A stretch of 64,000 bases of DNA. It comes from Nitrospirota bacterium (GTDB lineage: Bacteria > Nitrospirota > Thermodesulfovibrionia > UBA6902). Numbering within the stretch: the stretch's first letter is position 1; every line of letters starts with the position of its first letter. Of this stretch, positions 8,568 to 18,655 are shown piece after piece. Under the pieces are notes generated by a model. It saw only the letters and a list, made by a program, of their open reading frames with translations. It did not search any database and had not been told where the DNA came from. The DNA lies in contig JACRLN010000033.1 in assembly GCA_016215115.1 (NCBI GenBank), positions 16,279 through 80,278 of the forward strand, written 5' to 3'. Both the position numbers and the translations under genes were made by a program.

Positions 8568-11276
8568 ATGAGAACTAAAAAAACAACTCTGACATTTCCT
8601 GTCTTCTTATTACTTTTTACTGCCTACTGCCTGCTGCCTGCTTTTACTTATGCTATCGATCCAAAAGATGTAATCAAAGCCATTGAAGTTGAGGGTTTGA
8701 GCCGTATAAGCAGGAAAGAATTGATAGATATAATCTGTTTTAAGGTCGGAGATGTTATTGACAGGGAAGCTTTAAGATACGGAATAAGGAGAGCATTTAC
8801 AAAAGGTATTTTCCATGATGTAAAGGCTGTATCTGTTCCTTATGAAGACGGGATCAAATTGAGGTATATTGTAAAAGAAATACCTCTAATAAAAGAAATT
8901 AAGGTAGAAGGAAATAAAAATATATCAAGCAGGGATATTAAAAAGGTAATTCTGTATAAAGAAGGAGAAGATTTTAAGGAAGAGTATGTTGACAAGGCAA
9001 AAACCGACCTTGCCGATTTCTATAAAAGAAAAGGTTTTCCCGGGGCGGCAATCACAATTACTACAGAAAATATAAAAAAAGCATCTGCCATAGAAATGCA
9101 TATAAATATAGATGAAGGACAGCCGTTAATTATTAAAAAGATCGATGTGTCTGATGATATTAAAGAAATGTTCAGAGTCCGGGAAGGGAAAGTATTTGAC
9201 AGGGACATCGTGGACCAGGAATTAAGAAGACTGGAGGGTTATTTAAAAAGACAGAACTATATTCATCCGGTTATTGGGCCCTATGAATTTACCGACGGAA
9301 ATCTTGTCATTCCTGTCAAAAAGGGACCAAGACTGGAGTTGGTTTTCAGGGGAAATTTATCAGTCAGTTCAAAGAAGCTCAGCAATGAAGTCCCTTTCTT
9401 TGAGGATCAGGCAGTAACAGATGAGACGATACAGGAAGCGATAGACCGCATTAGAGACATTTATTTAAGTGAAGGATATTACCATGCCCAGGTTGCAGCA
9501 GGGATCCAGAGCGAAGATGATATAATAAAAATTACATTTATTGTATTTGAAGGAAAAAAGGTTTTTCTGAAAAAAATAGTTTTTCAGGGCATCAGTATAT
9601 CACCTGACGTTTTAAAAAGGATAATCCCGGTTGAAGAAGAGAAACCATATATTGAGAATGTCCTTGAGGCAAGCAGGGAAGCGATTATCAGATTTTATAA
9701 TGCACTTGGTTATCTTAAGACTGATGTTACAGGTGTAGAAAAAAATATTACAAAAGATGGCGGAGAACTGGAACTTATTTTCAATATCAAGGAAGGTCCT
9801 CAGACAAGAATTAAGGCAATTGAAATTTCCGGAAATAAAAATATCGGCACCCCTGAAATAAAGAATGTACTGCGACTCCAGGAAGAAATGCCCTATAACG
9901 TAATTGATATCGGAGATGCAAGATACAGGATTATCTCATTATACAGCAGGTATGGCTATATAGATGCGCACGTAGAAGTTGAGAGTGAAATTGATGATGA
10001 TAAGGCCTTCATAACATTCAGGATAAAAGAAAATAAACCCTCTGTTATCGGAAAGATTATTTACCGCGGAAACCTGAAGACGAAACTCAAGATTATAGAG
10101 CGTGAACTTACTCTCAATGAAGGCGCGCCTTTTAATTATGAAGAACTTTTAAAAACAAAACAGAGGCTTTACAAACTCGGTATTTTCAGCGAAGTGTCTA
10201 TAGATACACTGGAACCGCAAAAGGTTAGTGAGGACCAGGTTGCAAGAGACATACTCGTTACTTTAAGGGAAAGCAATGCCGGCTCAGTCGAAATAAGCCT
10301 CGGTTACGGCGACTATGAAAGATTCAGGGGGGTACTGGATATTAATTACCGTAACCTCGGGGGGTATAACAGGCAGGCAGGGTTCCGGACAGAAATCAGT
10401 TCAGTAAAGCAAAGATATGCTTTTTCATTTAAAGAGCCGAGGTTTTTCAATAAGCCTGATTTGCCGTTTAATGTTTTGTTAATGAAGGAGAATACCAGAT
10501 CGGTGAATCTTGACACAAATGAGGTTCTTTATAAAGTTGACAGAACGAGTTTGCTTCTGGGTGTTGAAAGGGAAATAAAGAAAAACTGGAAGGCAAACCT
10601 TAACTATGAATATGCTTTTGTCGACACAAAAGATGTGCAGCCAGGCGTAATATTAAGTAAAGAAGATAGCGGTACTATAGCCATAGGTAGTGTTTCCGCC
10701 TCCCTTTTTTATGATAACAGGGATGACCCTTTTGATCCTGTGTCAGGGGCCCTGAACGGAATTGTAATTAAGATCGCCTCGAAAACCCTTTTATCAGAGA
10801 GCGAATTTATAAAGGGGACCTTTCAGAGTTCCTGGTTTTTCCCATTAGCAAAAAAAATTGTTTTTGCTTTTTCTTTGCGCGGGGGCGCAGCTTACAGTTA
10901 TGATCACATTAAAGAACTGCCCCTTATTGAAAGATTTTTTCTTGGAGGGAGATCGACTGTAAGAGGATACAATAATGATACGCTGGGCCCCAAAGGGAAA
11001 GATGATAATCCGACCGGAGGCAATATATTTGCACTTGCAAACAGTGAATTCAGATTTTCTATCGGGAAAGGATTCGGACTTGTAACGTTTGTCGATGCCG
11101 GTAATGTCTGGAAATTAGCGGAGAATATAAGGGCGGAACTGAAGTATACGACAGGTTTGGGATTAAGGTACGGGACGCCTGTCGGACCTGTCAGGATAGA
11201 TTATGGACATAAGATCAACAGGGAGAAAGGTGAAAGTTCAGGTGAGCTTCATTTCAGTTTTGGACAAGCCTTTTAA
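8568..11276 (+). CDS. bamA: Outer membrane protein assembly factor BamA (POTRA repeats + Omp85 barrel)
   Basis: Signal peptide, five POTRA-like segments, C-terminal barrel ending ..GELHFSFGQAF. Confidence 0.9.
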   Translation: MRTKKTTLTFPVFLLLFTAYCLLPAFTYAIDPKDVIKAIEVEGLSRISRKELIDIICFKVGDVIDREALRYGIRRAFTKGIFHDVKAVSVPYEDGIKLRYIVKEIPLIKEIKVEGNKNISSRDIKKVILYKEGEDFKEEYVDKAKTDLADFYKRKGFPGAAITITTENIKKASAIEMHINIDEGQPLIIKKIDVSDDIKEMFRVREGKVFDRDIVDQELRRLEGYLKRQNYIHPVIGPYEFTDGNLVIPVKKGPRLELVFRGNLSVSSKKLSNEVPFFEDQAVTDETIQEAIDRIRDIYLSEGYYHAQVAAGIQSEDDIIKITFIVFEGKKVFLKKIVFQGISISPDVLKRIIPVEEEKPYIENVLEASREAIIRFYNALGYLKTDVTGVEKNITKDGGELELIFNIKEGPQTRIKAIEISGNKNIGTPEIKNVLRLQEEMPYNVIDIGDARYRIISLYSRYGYIDAHVEVESEIDDDKAFITFRIKENKPSVIGKIIYRGNLKTKLKIIERELTLNEGAPFNYEELLKTKQRLYKLGIFSEVSIDTLEPQKVSEDQVARDILVTLRESNAGSVEISLGYGDYERFRGVLDINYRNLGGYNRQAGFRTEISSVKQRYAFSFKEPRFFNKPDLPFNVLLMKENTRSVNLDTNEVLYKVDRTSLLLGVEREIKKNWKANLNYEYAFVDTKDVQPGVILSKEDSGTIAIGSVSASLFYDNRDDPFDPVSGALNGIVIKIASKTLLSESEFIKGTFQSSWFFPLAKKIVFAFSLRGGAAYSYDHIKELPLIERFFLGGRSTVRGYNNDTLGPKGKDDNPTGGNIFALANSEFRFSIGKGFGLVTFVDAGNVWKLAENIRAELKYTTGLGLRYGTPVGPVRIDYGHKINREKGESSGELHFSFGQAF

Positions 11277-11309
11277 AAAAAGTAAGAAGTGAGAAGTGAG
11301 AAATAAGAA

Positions 11310-11858
11310 ATGGTAAACAAAAAAATAATTTTCGGAAGTTTAATCTTTATTTTACTTCTTACTTCCTACTTCCTACTTCCTACTTTATCTCGTTCCGAGA
11401 TACTCGAGCGGATCGTGGCGATAGTAAATAATAATGTTATTTTGCTGAGTGAATATGAAGATGCCCTTGAAGCCGCAAGAAAGTCTGACCAAAAAGTGAC
11501 AGAGGACGTTGTTCTTGATGAAATGATAAACAGGATATTGATTCTGGAACAGGCAAAAAGATTAAGTTTGGGCAGTACATCGGATTCGACTGAAAATGTG
11601 AATGATGATAAACTGATAAAAGAATATATAGAGAGAAGGATAAAAGCGCTTATCCATATTCCCATAGATGAAATTGAATCTTATTATAAGAATAACAGGG
11701 GACGGTTTGCTGAGAAGGCATTCTATGAAGTCAAGGACGAAATAGAAGGTTATCTGGTGGAGGGAGAATTAAAAAGAAAGATTGCTGAACATGTTGAGGA
11801 ACTGAGGAAGAAGGCTTATATCCGGATACAATTGGGGAACGGAGATAAAAATCATTAG
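11310..11858 (+). CDS. Periplasmic chaperone, SurA N-terminal-domain-like
   Basis: Signal peptide followed by ERIVAIVNNNVILLSEYEDAL, which is SurA-N-like. Sits in the tamB-bamA cluster. Confidence 0.5.
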   Translation: MVNKKIIFGSLIFILLLTSYFLLPTLSRSEILERIVAIVNNNVILLSEYEDALEAARKSDQKVTEDVVLDEMINRILILEQAKRLSLGSTSDSTENVNDDKLIKEYIERRIKALIHIPIDEIESYYKNNRGRFAEKAFYEVKDEIEGYLVEGELKRKIAEHVEELRKKAYIRIQLGNGDKNH

Positions 11859-11870
11859 GTAAAGTAAGTT

Positions 11871-12365
11871 TTACAATTCCATTATCACTGCAAGTTCATT
11901 GCATTCCGGGAATTTGTGGCATTTGAGACACTCCCCCCAGATTTTCTGTGGAAGGGCGTTTTTGTCAATATCATTAAAACCTAATTCTTTAAAAAATCCC
12001 GGATGGTAAGTAAGTGCAAATACTTTTTTTATACCGAGTGTTTCTGCTTCAATCAGGCATTTTTTCACCAGCTTTTTGCCTATGCCTTTGCCCTGATAAT
12101 TTTGCGATACAGCAACGGACCTGATTTCAGCAAGATCTTCCCATAGAATGTGGAGGGCGGCGACCCCGATAATTTTATCATTCTCAAGGCATACATAGAA
12201 ATCGCGGATGTTCTCATAGATTTCATTCAGAGAACGCGGCAGCATCTCATCTTTATTGGCAAATTGATTGACAAGCGTATGTATTAGCTTTGTGTCTGTT
12301 ATAACAGCTTTTTTGATCTGTAGTTTAGTTGAAACCTTTTTTTTCACTTTTCTTATAAAGCTCAA
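11871..12365 (-). CDS. GNAT family N-acetyltransferase
   Basis: GNAT motif A (VSQNYQGKGIGKKLV) with a C-terminal Cys cluster. Confidence 0.6.
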   Translation of the reverse strand: MSFIRKVKKKVSTKLQIKKAVITDTKLIHTLVNQFANKDEMLPRSLNEIYENIRDFYVCLENDKIIGVAALHILWEDLAEIRSVAVSQNYQGKGIGKKLVKKCLIEAETLGIKKVFALTYHPGFFKELGFNDIDKNALPQKIWGECLKCHKFPECNELAVIMEL

Positions 12366-13305
12366 TCAGGACTCCTTCTCTAAGTCCATAATTGCTGACT
12401 GTAATTTCTTTAAAGTTGAAAATTTCCATCAACTTTAAAAGTATAAGTGTTCCCGGCACTATAATGTCAAGCCTTGAGGGCTCAAAAGGGATAAATTTTC
12501 CTCTCTCATGGGAGCTGACGGCGGAAATGGCGCAGAAGATATTTTTTACCTTTCTCCTTGTCAATCTGGCAGCATGAATTTTTTTATGTTCAAATATTTT
12601 CAGTTTCTTTGCCACAGCGGCAAGTGTTGTTATTGTGCCCGCTGTACCGATAAAGGCAGTTTTGAGTTTTGAGTTATGAGATATGAGTTTTAAGTATGGT
12701 TTCACGATTTTTCCGATTTCCTGAGAAATGTATCGGTCCATTTTAATTAAATCTTCTTTCAATGGAGGATCGTGCTTCATATATTTGCCTGCCAGATATA
12801 CAACCCCGAGATTCAGGCTGTGAACAATTGAAGGTTTACCATGTCTTGAGAATATTAACTCGGTACTGCCGCCTCCTATATCGACCATTAGAGAGGTATC
12901 AGGCGCTGAGATATCTATTAACATACCCGAGGCGGTTTTTCTTGCCTCTTCTTCTCCGCTGATTATCTTTATATTAAGTCCTGTGGCTGCCTTTGCCTTT
13001 TTCAGGAATTCATCGCTGTTCTTTGCCTCCCTGAGGGCGCTTGTGGCTACTGCTGAAATATTATGGACATCATATTGTGACAGGATATCACTGAATTTAC
13101 CGAGAACCGTCAGGCTTTTTTTTATCGCTTCATTCTTAAGAAACCCATTACGTGAAATCCCTGATCCAAGTCTTGTAATTGTTCTGTCTGAAAAGATTTC
13201 ATTAATTGAATAAATGTCTTTTCGGGGATTATAGCGGACGCTGGCAATCAGCAGTCTGAAAGTGTTTGTTCCAATGTCAATTGCTCCAAGAGGTCTATTT
13301 TTCAC
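12325..13305 (-). CDS. Ppx/GppA-family exopolyphosphatase / guanosine pentaphosphatase
   Basis: GAIDIGTNTFRLLIA N-terminus and DIGGGSTE motif. Contains an in-frame tandem-repeat insertion at 12655-12700. Confidence 0.8.
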   Translation of the reverse strand: MKNRPLGAIDIGTNTFRLLIASVRYNPRKDIYSINEIFSDRTITRLGSGISRNGFLKNEAIKKSLTVLGKFSDILSQYDVHNISAVATSALREAKNSDEFLKKAKAATGLNIKIISGEEEARKTASGMLIDISAPDTSLMVDIGGGSTELIFSRHGKPSIVHSLNLGVVYLAGKYMKHDPPLKEDLIKMDRYISQEIGKIVKPYLKLISHNSKLKTAFIGTAGTITTLAAVAKKLKIFEHKKIHAARLTRRKVKNIFCAISAVSSHERGKFIPFEPSRLDIIVPGTLILLKLMEIFNFKEITVSNYGLREGVLIELYKKSEKKGFN

Positions 13306-13612
13306 GATGAAATTATAAGAGAAAATGACATGAATTTGCTATTGAAATTTTATTTTTTTTTGCTTATGAAATTATTACTGCAGATGAAGTCCCCTGAGCC
13401 CGCCCTTACGTGGCTTGCTTTGAAAAAAGGGGGGGAATAGTCCCCGTAACTGAGGGGTTACTACAGAGAACGGTTGAGAGTGGCAGTGATTTCATAGCAT
13501 TGAAATAAAGTTAGTTAAAATGTCAAAATTATCTTCCAAATCAATTTCGATTGGACATGTGTTATTTTGTTTGAGATAATCCATATAATGTTTACAGGAG
13601 ATAAAACCGGAT

Positions 13613-16294
13613 ATGCTTGAGAAAAGATACGAACCAAAGGACATTGAGAAGAAGTGGTATGACTTCTGGATTGAAAAGGACTATTTCAGGGCAGAGGCTA
13701 AAAGCGACAAGCCTGCTTACTGCATAGTTATCCCGCCGCCGAATATTACAGGTTCTTTGCACATCGGTCATGCGCTCGATATTACTCTTCAGGACATAAT
13801 GATCCGGTGGAAGAGGATGTCTGGGTTTAATACACTATGGCTGCCTGGAACAGACCACGCTGGTATCGCTACTCAGAATGTTGTCGAAAAAGAACTGCAA
13901 AAACAAAACACAGACAGACATGTACTCGGCAGGGAGAAATTCATTGAGAAGGTATGGGAATGGAAGAAACTGTACGGTGGCACAATAATCAATCAGTTGA
14001 AAAGCATAGGCGCATCTTGCGATTGGAGCAGGGAAAGGTTTACTCTCGATGAAGGACTATCGAGAGCGGTGAAGGAAGTATTTGTCAGGCTTTATGAAGA
14101 AGGACTGATTTACAGGGGCGAATACCTCATCAACTGGTGCCCGCGATGCCATACTGCATTATCTGATCTGGAAGTAGAACATGAGGACAAACAAGGCAAG
14201 CTTTATTACATAAAATATAGTTTCATGGATGGAAACGGACATATTACGGTCGCCACCACAAGGCCTGAAACATACCTCGGCGACACGGCGGTTGCCGTTA
14301 ATCCCGAAGATGACAGATATAAACATCTCATCGGTAAAAAGATAAGGTTGCCGATTATTAACAGGGATGTCCCGATCATAGCGGATGAATTTGTCGACGC
14401 TTCTTTTGGCACCGGCGCTGTTAAAGTAACTCCTGCACACGACCCCAATGATTTTGATATGGGCAAGAGACATAATCTGCCGTTCATCAATATATTAACA
14501 GGTGATGGAAAAATGTCGGAGGAGGCAGGCCCGTACAAAGGACAGGACAGGTTTGAATGCAGGGGGAATATTCTGAAAGACCTGGAAGAAACCGGTCATC
14601 TTGAAATGGTAACAGATCACAATCTTGCAATCGGACACTGCTACAGATGCAAGACCATTGTTGAACCATATCTCTCCATGCAATGGTTTGTGAAAATAAA
14701 GCCTCTCGCTGATGAAGCAATAAAGGCTGTAAAAGACGGTCGTGTGAAAATTATTCCATCAGGATGGGAGAACAGTTATTTTGACTGGATGGAAAACATC
14801 AGGGACTGGTGCATATCACGCCAGATATGGTGGGGGCACAGGATCCCGGTCTGGTACTGCCAGGAAATGCGGAATGCGGAATGCGGAATGCGGAACGGGA
14901 CCATTGTATCACGGGACGAGCCAAAGTCATGTCCCTACTGCGGTTCCGGGAGTCTATTTCAGGACGATGATGTGCTTGATACGTGGTTTTCATCAGCGCT
15001 CTGGCCCTTTTCCACTCTTGGCTGGCCTGATGATACTGAGGACCTGAATACTTTTTATCCCACCAGCGTTTTGATAACAGGATTTGACATCTTATTCTTC
15101 TGGGTTGCACGGATGATTATGATGGGATTGAAATTCAGGGACCAGGAACCGTTTAAACATGTATATATTCACGCATTAATCAGGGATGCTGAAGGACAGA
15201 AGATGAGCAAATCAAAGGGCAATGTGGTAGACCCTCTCAAAATGACCGAAATGTACGGCACGGATGCGTTCAGGTTTACGCTTGCAGCTTATGCGGCGCA
15301 GGGAAGGGATATTAAATTTTCCGAGCAGCGGGTTGAAGGATACAGACACTTTCTCAACAAGATCTGGAACGTAGCAAGATTTATCTCCATGAATGTAAAA
15401 GAAGGAGAAGAAAGGGCCCTTGCGGTAAAAGTTAAGAACCTGAGCCTTGCCGACAGATGGGTACTGAGCCGTCTCTCGTCAGTTTGTTCAGAAATAAATA
15501 AAGCACTCGAAGAATACAGATTTAATGACGCAGCGGGCGCTTTATATCAATTCATATGGCATGAACTGTGCGATTGGTATGTTGAGATGATCAAGCCTGA
15601 ATTGTACGGTGACTATGAGGAGTCAAAAAGAGCGGCGTTTTTCACTTTAGTACATGTCTTTGAAGTCTCACTTGCATTATTGCATCCATTTATGCCATAT
15701 ATCACTGAAGAAATCTGGCAGCAGTTACCCGGTAAAAAAGAAGATGAAAGCCTTTGTATCCGTGAATATCCTTCTACTGAAGATGGTATTGAGGATAAAG
15801 ACGCCGAGAAAAAAATGAATATAGTAATGGATGCAGTAACGTGCATTAGAAGCATCCGGGGTGAATTGAATTTATCGCCGTCGCTGGAACTCCAGGCATT
15901 GATCAAGACATCAAATAGTACTGAAAACATTTTAAAAGAAAATATTACATACCTGGAAAAATTAGCAAAAGCAAAAAATATAGAGATAGGGAAAGAAATT
16001 CTTCCTCCTAAAAATGCTGCGACTGCGATCAAACCGGCTATGGAAGTATTCGTTCCGCTTGAAGGATTATTTGATATAGATGCTGAAATCAGCAGATTGA
16101 GCAAAGAGAAAATCAAGATTGAAGAGGATATCGAGTATGTTAAAAAGAAGCTTTCAAATGAAGATTTTACAAGCAAGGCACCTCAGGCTGTGGTTGAAGA
16201 AAATAAAGATAAGTATATTAATTATTTAGATAAATTACAATCAATTCAAAACAATATTGATAAACTTAATCAATGGAGGGAGTCCAATGAGTGA
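13613..16294 (+). CDS. valS: Valine--tRNA ligase
   Basis: HIGH (PPPNITGSLHIGHA) and KMSKS motifs, 893 aa, C-terminal coiled coil. Confidence 0.95.
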   Translation: MLEKRYEPKDIEKKWYDFWIEKDYFRAEAKSDKPAYCIVIPPPNITGSLHIGHALDITLQDIMIRWKRMSGFNTLWLPGTDHAGIATQNVVEKELQKQNTDRHVLGREKFIEKVWEWKKLYGGTIINQLKSIGASCDWSRERFTLDEGLSRAVKEVFVRLYEEGLIYRGEYLINWCPRCHTALSDLEVEHEDKQGKLYYIKYSFMDGNGHITVATTRPETYLGDTAVAVNPEDDRYKHLIGKKIRLPIINRDVPIIADEFVDASFGTGAVKVTPAHDPNDFDMGKRHNLPFINILTGDGKMSEEAGPYKGQDRFECRGNILKDLEETGHLEMVTDHNLAIGHCYRCKTIVEPYLSMQWFVKIKPLADEAIKAVKDGRVKIIPSGWENSYFDWMENIRDWCISRQIWWGHRIPVWYCQEMRNAECGMRNGTIVSRDEPKSCPYCGSGSLFQDDDVLDTWFSSALWPFSTLGWPDDTEDLNTFYPTSVLITGFDILFFWVARMIMMGLKFRDQEPFKHVYIHALIRDAEGQKMSKSKGNVVDPLKMTEMYGTDAFRFTLAAYAAQGRDIKFSEQRVEGYRHFLNKIWNVARFISMNVKEGEERALAVKVKNLSLADRWVLSRLSSVCSEINKALEEYRFNDAAGALYQFIWHELCDWYVEMIKPELYGDYEESKRAAFFTLVHVFEVSLALLHPFMPYITEEIWQQLPGKKEDESLCIREYPSTEDGIEDKDAEKKMNIVMDAVTCIRSIRGELNLSPSLELQALIKTSNSTENILKENITYLEKLAKAKNIEIGKEILPPKNAATAIKPAMEVFVPLEGLFDIDAEISRLSKEKIKIEEDIEYVKKKLSNEDFTSKAPQAVVEENKDKYINYLDKLQSIQNNIDKLNQWRESNE

Positions 16295-16772
16295 GGGAAC
16301 TTTGGAAATAGAGAAAAGCAGAGCGCAGGTTATAGAAGGAGAGTTTATTAACATAAAACAGAGTTCAATCAGATCGGTTGAAGGTGGCCATGTAGAAATG
16401 CAGCGGGTGGGTGCTCTTACAATAGATGGTGAGAAAGTCGATGTAATGCAGGGCGCTACATGCGTTATAAAGGCAGAAGAGTTAAATCTTAACCAGAGCA
16501 TCTGCATGGTGACTGTTGCAGGGGAAGCCTCGATAAATTCTTCGTGTTCTCTTGTCACGGTTGCCGGAAACAATATAAATGAGATTAACAAAAGCGCTGT
16601 CGGCGTCATGGCAGCCAATAATATTAAAGTTGAAAATACTACATCCTTAATCATGATAGCTAAAAATATCGAGGGCAATGTAAAAACGGTTTTGGACTGG
16701 CGGGCAGCTCTTGCCTTCGGCGCAGCTTTCGGAGGCGTGTTGGGATTGATAAAGATATTATCGAAAAAATAG
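16287..16772 (+). CDS. Hypothetical beta-repeat protein with C-terminal membrane anchor (bactofilin-like?)
   Basis: Repetitive V/I-x-G segments and a C-terminal hydrophobic tail AALAFGAAFGGVLGLIKIL. Overlaps the valS stop. Confidence 0.35.
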   Translation: MSEGTLEIEKSRAQVIEGEFINIKQSSIRSVEGGHVEMQRVGALTIDGEKVDVMQGATCVIKAEELNLNQSICMVTVAGEASINSSCSLVTVAGNNINEINKSAVGVMAANNIKVENTTSLIMIAKNIEGNVKTVLDWRAALAFGAAFGGVLGLIKILSKK

Positions 16773-16838
16773 GGTAGGGGCAATTCATGAATTGCCCCTA
16801 CTTCTCCGGTCAACCCGGAGAATGATGACAATAGGAGT

Positions 16839-17705
16839 TTGTTCATTATGGCAAAAATAGATTATGCAATTGTAGATAACATCCTTCTCAACGTCCTGCT
16901 TGAAGATATCGGCAGTGGCGATGTGACGACATCAGCTCTGATTCCTGAAAAACATGTCTCTAATGCGGTAATCATTGCCAAAGGAGATTTCATTCTTGCG
17001 GGGCTTCCTTTTGCGGAGAGAATTTTTAAATTAACAGACAGGAACATAAAATTCAGGGCTGTTAAAAAAGACGGCAGCAGGATAAAAGCCAAAACCATTA
17101 TTGCGAAAATCAGCGGTAATACAGGAAACCTGTTAATGGCTGAAAGGACAGCGTTAAATTTCCTTCAACGGCTCTCAGGGATAGCGACTCTCACAGACAA
17201 ATATGTTCAAAGTGTAAAAGGTTTAAAAGTGAAAATTACAGATACCAGGAAAACGGCTCCGGGTCTCAGGTTTTTTGACAAATATGCGGTAAGAACCGGC
17301 GGAGGTTCTAACCATCGTTACGGACTTTTTGACGGTGTGCTTATTAAAGACAACCATATCGCAGCACTTGGCGGAGTCGGGAAGGCAGTAAAACTGGCCC
17401 GTGCAAAAGTTCATCATTTATTCAATATCGAGGTAGAGGTAAAAAATATTCCTGAAGTAAAAGAGGCGTTGTCCTCAGGGGCCAACGTGATCATGCTCGA
17501 TAATATGAATATTGATATGATGAAAAGGGCAGTAAGCATTATCCGCCAGAAGAATTCCGATGTGTTAATAGAAGCATCAGGTAATGTAACATTTGAAAAT
17601 GTGCGTTCAATTGGCGAAACAGGCGTAGACCTGATATCTATCGGCGCCCTTACTCATTCCGCTCCCGCTGCAGATGTAAGCATGAAGATCAGCTCCGGGA
17701 AATGA
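16839..17705 (+). CDS. nadC: Nicotinate-nucleotide pyrophosphorylase (quinolinate phosphoribosyltransferase)
   Basis: QPRTase family architecture (N-terminal and TIM-barrel domains). Confidence 0.85.
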   Translation: MFIMAKIDYAIVDNILLNVLLEDIGSGDVTTSALIPEKHVSNAVIIAKGDFILAGLPFAERIFKLTDRNIKFRAVKKDGSRIKAKTIIAKISGNTGNLLMAERTALNFLQRLSGIATLTDKYVQSVKGLKVKITDTRKTAPGLRFFDKYAVRTGGGSNHRYGLFDGVLIKDNHIAALGGVGKAVKLARAKVHHLFNIEVEVKNIPEVKEALSSGANVIMLDNMNIDMMKRAVSIIRQKNSDVLIEASGNVTFENVRSIGETGVDLISIGALTHSAPAADVSMKISSGK

Positions 17706-17707
17706 CA

Positions 17708-17855
17708 GGTTACGGGTTGCAATAATTGTTTAAAGCGTGTCATCCCCGCAGTCCTTTGAGCGGGGATCCAGTTCTCCGGTTTCTGGATTCCCGCTTAACA
17801 GATCGCGGGAATGACAATCCAAATAGTTTTTTGTCACCCATAACTGAGGGGTTAC
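17708..17855. mobile_element. MITE copy 1 (REP-like core; left terminal inverted repeat truncated at the nadC stop)
   Basis: Near-identical to 27804..27961 and to the reverse complement of 42454..42611. Confidence 0.75.
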
Positions 17856-17932
17856 ATTTTTCGTCCTGGTTTAATTGACAATCTGCTTAAACACTCCTTA
17901 TAATTTAAAGTCAAAGTTGAACCAGAAGGTCT

Positions 17933-18460
17933 TTGAATATGAAGGTAAATGTTTCAGGTATCCCGGAAGAAGGTCTGCAGCAGGAAGCAGACCTTCCGAT
18001 AATAATAAATAATAAAACAAAACCCGATATTGCACATGTTTTTATAAAGGTTTTCAGATTTAAAAAAAGGGTTTTGATTGAAGGTACGGCAAAGATCTCC
18101 GTGGCATTAAAATGCGGCCGTTGTTTGAAGGAAGCTTTGTTGCCGTTTGATATTGCTTTTAAGGAAGAATATATTCCTGCAGAAGATATCAGAGGAGAAA
18201 TCGAACAGGAATTATCTGACAGGGATTTAGACCTCGGTTTTTACAGTAATGATGAATTGGATATTAAGGAAATTGTAAAGGAGCAGGTTCTTCTTTCTGT
18301 TCCCATGAAGCCTCTCTGCAGGGATGATTGCCGGGGATTATGCCTCGTATGCGGAAAGGATTTAAACGAGGGTGCATGTAATTGCAGGAAAGAAGAAATA
18401 GATCCGAGGCTGGCCCCGCTCGCAAAGTTTAAAGAAATTTTAAAGGACCGAAAGGAGTAA
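17933..18460 (+). CDS. YceD/DUF177 family protein
   Basis: CxRC..CxxC..C motifs, positioned directly upstream of rpmF-plsX. Confidence 0.75.
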   Translation: MNMKVNVSGIPEEGLQQEADLPIIINNKTKPDIAHVFIKVFRFKKRVLIEGTAKISVALKCGRCLKEALLPFDIAFKEEYIPAEDIRGEIEQELSDRDLDLGFYSNDELDIKEIVKEQVLLSVPMKPLCRDDCRGLCLVCGKDLNEGACNCRKEEIDPRLAPLAKFKEILKDRKE

Positions 18461-18463
18461 AAG

Positions 18464-18655
18464 ATGCCGAATCCAACGTCACGACACACAAGATCAAGAA
18501 GGGACAAGAGACGCGCAAACTGGAAGATACAGTTATCCAGTTTATCTGTTTGTCCTGAGTGTCAGGAGCCGAAACTTCCACACAGGGTATGTATGAGCTG
18601 CGGAAGTTATAACGGTAAAAAGATACTCGAGGTTGTTGAAAAAGAATCCGTATGA
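18464..18655 (+). CDS. rpmF: 50S ribosomal protein L32
   Basis: RHTRSRRDKRRANWK with a CxxC..CxxC zinc ribbon. Confidence 0.9.
   Translation: MPNPTSRHTRSRRDKRRANWKIQLSSLSVCPECQEPKLPHRVCMSCGSYNGKKILEVVEKESV

Noticed and set aside
13330-13612. T-box leader upstream of valS
   Set aside because: I looked for the AANNNGGGTGGNACCGCG T-box motif and a specifier-loop architecture and found none. The region contains only a TIR fragment of the MITE.
14159-15110. Multiple 60-110-aa ORFs inside valS on both strands
   Set aside because: They are internal to a well-conserved essential gene and typical of antisense or off-frame noise.
16241-16846. 201-aa minus-strand ORF antisense to the valS end and to the beta-repeat gene
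   Set aside because: It overlaps two better-supported plus-strand genes entirely, has a low-complexity composition and lacks an RBS. It is likely spurious.
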